Origin: Gemmatimonadales bacterium
Lineage (GTDB): Bacteria; Gemmatimonadota; Gemmatimonadetes; Gemmatimonadales; GWC2-71-9
Assembly (NCBI GenBank): GCA_035519565.1
Contig: DATIWD010000025.1
Coordinates: 7,061 to 71,060 of the forward strand
Length of the DNA stretch: 64,000 nucleotides
Reading direction: 5' to 3'
In this document: positions 58,155 through 64,000 of the stretch, piece after piece
Numbering within the stretch: position 1 is the first letter of the stretch
How the letters are laid out: each line of letters opens with the position of its first letter
The notes under the pieces: generated by a model
The model's input: only the letters and a program-made list of their open reading frames with translations
Told to the model about the DNA's origin: nothing
Database searches by the model: none
Made by a program: the position numbers and the translations under genes

Positions 58155-60980
58155 ATGTCCGCGGACGTCCTTCGCATCGTCAACGCCCGTCAGCACAACC
58201 TTCGCGGGATCACCGTCGATCTTCCTCGTCGCGCCCTGGTGGTCGTCACCGGCCCCTCCGGCTCCGGCAAGAGTTCCCTCGCGTTCGATACCCTCTACGC
58301 CGAAGGGCAGCGCCGCTACATCGAGTCGCTCTCGACGTACGCCCAGCAATTCCTGGAGCGGATGCCCAAGCCGAGGGTGGACCGCCTCGAAGGCCTGGCC
58401 CCGGCGGTCGCCATCGAGCAGCGAAACCCGACCGTGTCCAGCCGCTCCACGGTGGGAACGGCGACCGAGGTCTACGACTATCTCCGCCTGCTCTGGGCCC
58501 GGGTCGGCCGGCCGTTCTGTCGGGTCTGCGGATCGCCGGTCCGCCGCGAGACACCGCAGTCCGCCGCGGATGAGATCCTCGCTCACGCGCGGGGCCGGAT
58601 CCAGGTCGCGTTCCCGCTGCCACCCACGGCCCGCCAGAGCCACGACAGCGTAGTCGAGAACCTCCGAGCCATGGGGTTCGTCCGCCTTCTCGCGGATGAT
58701 GTGCCCGCCGAGCTGGATGCATTGCCGCCGGGGCTCGATCTCGCTCGGTCTGGAGAAGTGCTGGTGATCGTTGATCGCCTGGTCGCCGAGCCCGCCCAGG
58801 CCGGCCGCCTGGCGGAAGCCCTCGGCACCGCGTTCCAGGAAGGGGAAGGCGTGGGATTGGCGTTGCACGACGGCGGCCGGCTTCGCTTCACGGAGTTCCC
58901 CAGCTGCAGCCTGTGCGACACGCCCGCGGTGGCCGCGACACCGGCCCTGTTCTCGTTCAACAACCCGCGTGGAGCCTGCACCGGCTGCAACGGGTTCGGC
59001 GCGGTCCTCGAGTACGACGAATCGCTGATCGTCCCCGATCCTTCCCGGAGCCTCGCCGACGGGGCCATCGATCCCTGGACCAAGCCGCGGTACGACGGGC
59101 GGCGACGCCTCCTCGCCACCACCGCGAAGAACCTCGGCATCGACGTGGACGCGCCCTGGTCCAGCCTGAAGCCCGCCCAGCAGAGGGAGCTCCTGCATGG
59201 GCGGCGGGGGCGCTATGTCGGCGTATTCCCGTTTCTCAAGGCGCTCGAAGAGAAGCGCTACAAGCAGTACATCAGGGTGTTCCTCCGCCAGTACCAGCTG
59301 GCCAAGACCTGTCCGGTCTGCGGAGGAGCCCGGCTGAACGAGCACGCCCTCTCGGTCCGGATCGGCGGCCAGACCATCGCCGCGGTGGCCGCGCAGACGG
59401 TAGACGCGCTGGCCCAATGGCTGCGAGAACTCCCGCTCGACCCCTTCGAGCGCCAGGTGGCACACCTGATTCTCGAGCAGCTGGATCAGCGCATCGGCTT
59501 TCTGCGCGACGTGGGGCTCGGCTACCTGACGCTGGAGCGCCTCACGCGAACCCTGAGCGGTGGAGAGGCGCAGCGGATCTCCCTTTCCAATGCCCTGGGC
59601 GCCAAGCTGGTGGATGCGCTTTACGTCCTGGACGAACCGTCGATCGGGCTCCATCCCCGCGATATCGACCGCCTCCTGGCCCTGCTGCACCGGTTGAGTC
59701 GGAGTGGCAATACCGTGATCGTGGTCGAGCACGATCCGGCGGCGATTCGGCAATCCGATTTCATGCTCGAGCTTGGCCCCGGGGCCGGCGAGCGCGGTGG
59801 CCAGGTCGTCTACGCCGGTCCCGTCGCCGGCGCGACCGAGTCATTGACCGGGCAGTACCTCACCGGGGCCAAACGGATCGGGGTTCCCAGCGCCCGGCGC
59901 GCGCCTGCCTCGTGGCTTCGCGTCCGAGGAGCAACGCTGCACAACCTCCGGGAGGTGGATGTCGACATTCCACTCGGAGCGCTCACCGCCGTGACCGGCG
60001 TCTCCGGCTCCGGCAAGAGCACCCTCCTGCATGAGGTGCTGTACCGCCACCTCGAGGCCCGCCTCACCGGCTCCCACTCCGCGAAGGCCCACCTCGGCGA
60101 GGAAGTCGGGGTCGTCCGTCGGTTGACCGGATGGGAATCGCTCGAGGATGTCCTGCTGATCGACCAATCGCCGATCGGCCGCTCACCCCGGTCGAACCCG
60201 GTCACGTACATCAAGGGCTTCGATGACATCCGGGAGCTGTTCGCGCAGCAGCCGTTGGCACGGCAGCGACGGTATACCCCATCGACCTTCTCGTTCAACC
60301 TGGCGGGCGGGCGTTGCGAGGCCTGCGAAGGCGCCGGACACGTCCAGATCGAGATGGTCTTCCTCGCGGACGTCTTCGTGCCGTGTGAAGTCTGCCAGGC
60401 CACGCGGTTCAAGCGGGAAGTGCTGGACGTGAAGATCCGGGGCCAGTCGATCCACGATGTGCTCCAGTTCACGGTGGACGAGGCCATCAACCGATTCCGC
60501 CATCAGCCCCGTTTGGGTCAGGCCCTCTGGCATCTCCAACAGGTCGGACTCGGTTACCTGCGGCTGGGACAACCGGCGACCACGCTCTCCGGGGGAGAAG
60601 CTCAGCGGCTCAAGATCGCGCGCGAGCTGGCGCGCAGCGGGCGGAAGGGTGGGCGGCGCCTGTATATCCTCGATGAGCCGACCACCGGGCTCCATCTCGA
60701 CGACGTGCGCGTCCTGATCCAGGTGCTCGACCGGCTGGTCGACGCCGGGCACACCGTGGTCCTGATCGAACACCATCTCGACGTGATCAAGCGGGCCGAT
60801 TGGGTCGTGGATCTGGGCCCCGAGGCGGGGGATGCTGGGGGCCAGGTGGTGACTCAGGGGACCCCCGAGGACGTTGCGCGCGTGGAACGCTCGCACACCG
60901 GCCGGTACCTCCGGGAGGCCCTCGAGATGACCGAGGCCTTTTCGGCCACGGAAGCTGCAGTCCCCTCCATCGACCGCTGA
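58155..60980 (+). CDS. uvrA: excinuclease ABC subunit A
   Basis: Trimmed to MSADVLRIVNARQHNL (ATG at 58155). Two ABC modules (GPSGSGKSSLAFDT, GVSGSGKSTL), zinc-finger Cys pairs and LSGGEAQR signatures. Confidence 0.95.
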   Translation: MSADVLRIVNARQHNLRGITVDLPRRALVVVTGPSGSGKSSLAFDTLYAEGQRRYIESLSTYAQQFLERMPKPRVDRLEGLAPAVAIEQRNPTVSSRSTVGTATEVYDYLRLLWARVGRPFCRVCGSPVRRETPQSAADEILAHARGRIQVAFPLPPTARQSHDSVVENLRAMGFVRLLADDVPAELDALPPGLDLARSGEVLVIVDRLVAEPAQAGRLAEALGTAFQEGEGVGLALHDGGRLRFTEFPSCSLCDTPAVAATPALFSFNNPRGACTGCNGFGAVLEYDESLIVPDPSRSLADGAIDPWTKPRYDGRRRLLATTAKNLGIDVDAPWSSLKPAQQRELLHGRRGRYVGVFPFLKALEEKRYKQYIRVFLRQYQLAKTCPVCGGARLNEHALSVRIGGQTIAAVAAQTVDALAQWLRELPLDPFERQVAHLILEQLDQRIGFLRDVGLGYLTLERLTRTLSGGEAQRISLSNALGAKLVDALYVLDEPSIGLHPRDIDRLLALLHRLSRSGNTVIVVEHDPAAIRQSDFMLELGPGAGERGGQVVYAGPVAGATESLTGQYLTGAKRIGVPSARRAPASWLRVRGATLHNLREVDVDIPLGALTAVTGVSGSGKSTLLHEVLYRHLEARLTGSHSAKAHLGEEVGVVRRLTGWESLEDVLLIDQSPIGRSPRSNPVTYIKGFDDIRELFAQQPLARQRRYTPSTFSFNLAGGRCEACEGAGHVQIEMVFLADVFVPCEVCQATRFKREVLDVKIRGQSIHDVLQFTVDEAINRFRHQPRLGQALWHLQQVGLGYLRLGQPATTLSGGEAQRLKIARELARSGRKGGRRLYILDEPTTGLHLDDVRVLIQVLDRLVDAGHTVVLIEHHLDVIKRADWVVDLGPEAGDAGGQVVTQGTPEDVARVERSHTGRYLREALEMTEAFSATEAAVPSIDR

Positions 60981-61040
60981 CCGCTTGTCAGCGGGGCCTG
61001 GGTTCGTTAATTTATTCCGCGCAAGTTCGGCAGACACCTT

Positions 61041-61073
61041 ACAGGGCTGGCCACGCGCCAGCCCTGTTTTGTT
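61041..61073 (+). terminator. rho-independent terminator after uvrA
   Basis: acagggctggc-cacgc-gccagccctgt, followed by TTTTGTT. Confidence 0.7.
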
Positions 61074-61218
61074 AGCCGAACGCGCAGGCAGCCACGGCGA
61101 GCGCCGCTGACTGCCGGCAGGAAGCCTCTCGTGAGGGCTCGACTTCACGAACCAACCTGTAGTCGGTGCACGCGGCTCTGACCGGACTCCGATTACACAA
61201 TGCAAGGAGTAGGTCAGT

Positions 61219-61428
61219 ATGCGTACGACCGGCACCGTCAAGTGGTTTAACGACGCCAAGGGCTTCGGCTTCATCACGCCGGAGGGTGGCCAGAAGGACT
61301 GTTTCGTCCATCATTCGGCGATCCAGGCCGATGGCTACCGGAGCCTCGCCGAAGGCGATCGCGTCGAGTTCGACGTGATCCAGGGCCAGAAGGGCCCCGC
61401 CGCGGCGAACGTCACCAAGGTCAGCTGA
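61219..61428 (+). CDS. cspA: cold-shock protein (CspA family)
   Basis: 69 aa with RNP1/RNP2 motifs ([24 protein letters not shown]). AAGGAG lies 8 nt upstream. About 145 nt of untranslated leader lies between the uvrA terminator and the start. Confidence 0.95.
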   Translation: MRTTGTVKWFNDAKGFGFITPEGGQKDCFVHHSAIQADGYRSLAEGDRVEFDVIQGQKGPAAANVTKVS

Positions 61429-61459
61429 CGCGCCAGCGGTAGGCCGTCCTCGAGACGGC

Positions 61460-61495
61460 AAGAGGCCGGTTCGCCCCAGGGCGAGCCGGCCTCTT
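61460..61495. terminator. bidirectional hairpin between convergent cspA and DAHP synthase genes
   Basis: aagaggccggttcgcc-ccag-ggcgagccggcctctt, a 16-bp stem with one G-U pair. A smaller gccgtc/gacggc hairpin lies just upstream. Confidence 0.6.
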
Positions 61496-61518
61496 CTGCT
61501 TCGTGGATGCCCCTGTAC

Positions 61519-62622
61519 TCAGGCTCGCTGAGGCGCAGGCACCCGGGCGGCAATGGCACGACGCATCGTCGCGGCCGCCTCGCGAATCAGCTCCGCGGTC
61601 GTCTCCCAATCCATGCAGGCGTCGGTTATCGAGACCCCATAGCGCAGCTTCGACGGGTCACCCTCCAGCCGCTGGTTGCCGGCGTGCAAGTGGCTCTCGA
61701 CCATCACACCCATGATCGCCCGCTCTCCGGCGGCGATCTGGGCCAGCACCTCGCGCATCGCGACCGCCTGCTTGCGATGGTCCTTCTGTGAATTCCCGTG
61801 ACTGCAGTCCACCATGAGCCGCGGACACTGGCCGTGGAGGCGCAGGAGGTCGACGGCACGGTGAATCGATGCCGCGTCGTAGTTGGTGTTCCCGGCGCCG
61901 CCGCGGAGCACCAGGTGACGATCCGGATTCCCCGAGGTGTGAACGATGGCCACCCGGCCCTCGTCGTCCAGTCCCACGAAGCTGTGCGGGGTCGCGGCCG
62001 AAACCAGACCGTCCAGCGCGATCTGCAGGTTCCCGTCGGTCGTGTTCTTGAATCCGACCGGCATCGAGAGTCCGCTCGCCATCTCCCGGTGGGTCTGGGA
62101 TTCCGCGGTCCGTGCACCGATCCCCGTCCAGGAGACCAGGTCGGCGATGTACTGAGGAATCACCACGCCCAGCATCTCGGTCGCCGCCGGCAGCCCCAGG
62201 CCGTTCACCTCGAGGAGGATCCGCCGCGCCAGGCGCAGCCCAGTCTCGAGGTCCCGGCTCCCATCCAGGTGCGGATCGTTGATGAGGCCCTTCCATCCGA
62301 CCGTCGTGCGCGGCTTCTCGAAGTAGACCCGCATCATCAGGCACAGGGCGTCGTCGACTTCGCTCCGCAATGCGGCCAGGCGTCCGGCGTATTCCAGCGC
62401 GGCGGTCGGATCATGGATCGAGCACGGGCCTACCACGACCAGGAGGCGCTGGTCCTCCCCGGCCAGAACACGCCGCACCGCCCGGCGCCCATCCACGACC
62501 GTCACGGCGGTCGCCCGGGGCACCGGCAGCTCATCCCGCATCTGGCGGGGTGTCGCCAGCGGCGACATCCTGAGCACGTGCAGGTTCGAGGTCTCGGGCA
62601 CCAGGGAACGGGAATCGGTCAC
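61519..62622 (-). CDS. 3-deoxy-7-phosphoheptulonate (DAHP) synthase, class I
   Basis: 367 aa (LLVVVGPCSIHD, EKPRTTVGWKGLINDP, VDCSHGNS). Confidence 0.9.
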   Translation of the reverse strand: MTDSRSLVPETSNLHVLRMSPLATPRQMRDELPVPRATAVTVVDGRRAVRRVLAGEDQRLLVVVGPCSIHDPTAALEYAGRLAALRSEVDDALCLMMRVYFEKPRTTVGWKGLINDPHLDGSRDLETGLRLARRILLEVNGLGLPAATEMLGVVIPQYIADLVSWTGIGARTAESQTHREMASGLSMPVGFKNTTDGNLQIALDGLVSAATPHSFVGLDDEGRVAIVHTSGNPDRHLVLRGGAGNTNYDAASIHRAVDLLRLHGQCPRLMVDCSHGNSQKDHRKQAVAMREVLAQIAAGERAIMGVMVESHLHAGNQRLEGDPSKLRYGVSITDACMDWETTAELIREAAATMRRAIAARVPAPQRA

Positions 62623-62720
62623 GCCTTCTTCTCCAGAGGGAAGTCGCTCACACTAGATTGAACTTGCCCGTCCCCGGGTGGGGGCGCCAGAGGCAGGCCA
62701 TCGAACTCCGACACCATTAC

Positions 62721-63605
62721 ATGCAGAGCGTCCGAGTCCTCCAACCCGGCGAGGAAGCCGAACTCGACCAGTTTCTCGCCCAGCGGCCGGAGAGCAGCAT
62801 GATCATGCGCTCCAATTTGCGCGCCGCCGGCCTCGAGGACCGGGGATTGTCCAACCAGGCCACGTACGCCGCAGCCTTCGAGGATGGCATCATCATCGGC
62901 GCCGCGGCCCACTGCTGGAACGGGATGGTCCTGGTGGAAGCCCCCCAGGCCCTGCCGACCGTGGTTCAGAGCGCCGTCGAGGAGAGCGGGCGACTGATCG
63001 CCGGCTTCATGGGGCCCTGGCAACAGATCACGGAAGCGCGCCGAGCCCTCGGCCTCGCCGAAGTCGACGCGGCGGTGGATGCCCCCGATATTCTCTACCG
63101 CCTGTACCTGGACCAGCTCCAGGTGCCGGCGGTGTTGTCGGGGAAGGAGGTCGTTTGTCGCCTCGGCACCCGGGCCGATCGTGAGTTGCTCGTCAAGTGG
63201 CGAGCGGAGTTTTCCGAAGAAGCCCTTGGGTTCGAGGATTCGGCCGAGCTCCGATCTTCCTGCCGCGAGCACGTCGACCAGTTCCTGGCGACGCGGAACA
63301 TCTGGGTTCTCGAGGTGGGAGGGGCTGCCGTCGCCAGTGCGACCATCAACGCGAGGCTCCCCCTCGAAGTCACGGTTGGCGGCGTGTGGACGCCTCCCCA
63401 ATTTCGCGGACGCGGGTACGCGAGAGCGGTGGTGGCCGGGATGCTGCTCGCCGAGCGCGAGGGAGGCGTGGAGCAGGCCGTCCTCTTCGCCGATCGGACC
63501 AATCCCGTATCCCAGCGGACCTACGAGGCCCTGGGGTTCGTCGCCATCGGGGACTATGGGATCATCCTGTTCCACGAGCCCCAGGCCATCCCCCGCGCCG
63601 GATGA
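62721..63605 (+). CDS. GNAT-family N-acetyltransferase (two-lobed, about 294 aa)
   Basis: Trimmed to MQSVRVLQPGEE (ATG at 62721). C-terminal acetyl-CoA motif (VWTPPQFRGRGYARAVVAGML) and ...EALGFV. Confidence 0.7.
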   Translation: MQSVRVLQPGEEAELDQFLAQRPESSMIMRSNLRAAGLEDRGLSNQATYAAAFEDGIIIGAAAHCWNGMVLVEAPQALPTVVQSAVEESGRLIAGFMGPWQQITEARRALGLAEVDAAVDAPDILYRLYLDQLQVPAVLSGKEVVCRLGTRADRELLVKWRAEFSEEALGFEDSAELRSSCREHVDQFLATRNIWVLEVGGAAVASATINARLPLEVTVGGVWTPPQFRGRGYARAVVAGMLLAEREGGVEQAVLFADRTNPVSQRTYEALGFVAIGDYGIILFHEPQAIPRAG

Positions 63606-63629
63606 AAGCCGGGCTCACCACGTCTCCCT

Positions 63630-64000
63630 GTGCCTGAACTGCCCGACGTTCAGATCTACCTCGAGGCACTGCAGTCTCGGCTGCTTCACCAGCGACTCGA
63701 ACGGGTCAGAATCCGCGGACCCTTTCTGCTCCGAAGCGTCTCCCCTCCCATTTCCGAAGCAGAAGGCAAGACGGTGACCTCGCTGGGCCGCCGGGGGAAG
63801 CGAATCGTCATCGGCCTGGAGGGAGACCTGTACCTCGTACTCCACCTCATGATCGCCGGACGGCTCCACTGGAAGGCCAGGTCGAAGCCGGGAGAGCCAC
63901 CTCCCAAGTTGCCGGGGAAGGTCGGCTTGGCTGCGCTCGATTTTCCGTCAGGGAGTCTGGTCCTCACCGAGGCAGGATCCAAACGCCGTGCCTCGCTTCA
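63630..64000 (+). CDS. Fpg/Nei-family DNA glycosylase (5' partial, runs off the window)
   Basis: Not in the ORF track because it is open-ended. The GTG at 63630 gives (M)PELPDVQIYLEALQSRLL...GRRGKRIVIGL...LVLHLMIAGRL. The PELPDV/E catalytic N-terminus is diagnostic of the family. Confidence 0.75.
   Translation, partial: MPELPDVQIYLEALQSRLLHQRLERVRIRGPFLLRSVSPPISEAEGKTVTSLGRRGKRIVIGLEGDLYLVLHLMIAGRLHWKARSKPGEPPPKLPGKVGLAALDFPSGSLVLTEAGSKRRASL

Noticed and set aside
58074-59753. Upper two-thirds of the 931-aa minus-strand ORF 56958..59753
   Set aside because: It is antisense to uvrA, which is clearly real. The translated sequence has no motifs and is rich in Arg/Gly/Pro. Only the 3' part (56958-58073) encodes a coherent polytopic membrane protein.
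61074-61218. Explicit cspA promoter or cold-box annotation in the leader
   Set aside because: A long leader is expected for cspA-type genes, but I could not place -35/-10 elements or a cold box with acceptable spacing by eye.

Overview
High-GC (by eye about two-thirds G+C) chromosomal segment of a diderm bacterium. Evidence for the envelope type: TonB-dependent receptor, Pal, SurA and LPS heptosyltransferase. The phylum cannot be fixed from sequence alone. The window is almost fully coding and mostly housekeeping, arranged in long translationally coupled operons with many ATGA-type 4-nt overlaps. The main blocks are listed below.

- **69-9112 (-):** complete chemosensory cluster RR-RR-cheA-cheW-mcp-HEAT-cheR-cheB.
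- **9465-14870:** BKACE enzyme, TonB receptor, pal, hydrolase.
- **15086-20591 (-):** tRNA-Ile, a tiny poly-acidic ORF, typA, a four-helix-bundle (Avd / 23S-IVS family) gene, a CDF transporter, hisD.
- **20644-23630 (+):** corC-like gene, hisZ, hisG.
- **23640-33420 (-):** roughly 10-kb operon DUF58-BatA-like-mfd-PPIase-surA-pdxA.
- **33615-46457 (+):** roughly 13-kb block of a DUF4384-like protein, M28 peptidase, lepA, heptosyltransferase, ROK kinase, PfkB kinase, a GHKL-ATPase/STAS-like pair, a trans-sulfuration enzyme, ftsEX, envC.
- **46463-64000:** a decayed small gene, a GGDEF protein, nfo, pckG, an HD hydrolase, PP2C + triple-FHA, an ABC exporter + flippase-like protein, uvrA, cspA, DAHP synthase, GNAT, partial fpg/nei.

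No CRISPR array, transposase, integrase or prophage was seen.

The least ordinary signals are:
1. A family of 9-nt periodic arrays (consensus GGACARGRC / GYCYTGTCC) at six loci. They bracket the four-helix-bundle gene as inverted arms (IVS-like cassette) and are translated in-frame inside three different proteins.
2. Heptamer repeats and a palindrome next to tRNA-Ile.
3. An orphan GHKL-kinase-like + STAS-like/wHTH gene pair embedded in a housekeeping operon.
4. A Che cluster carrying a HEAT-repeat protein.
5. A conserved small gene interrupted by two in-frame TAG codons.
6. A pdxA whose conserved N-terminus has no ATG/GTG/TTG start.

All family names come from my own reading of the translated ORFs. 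No database search was run.
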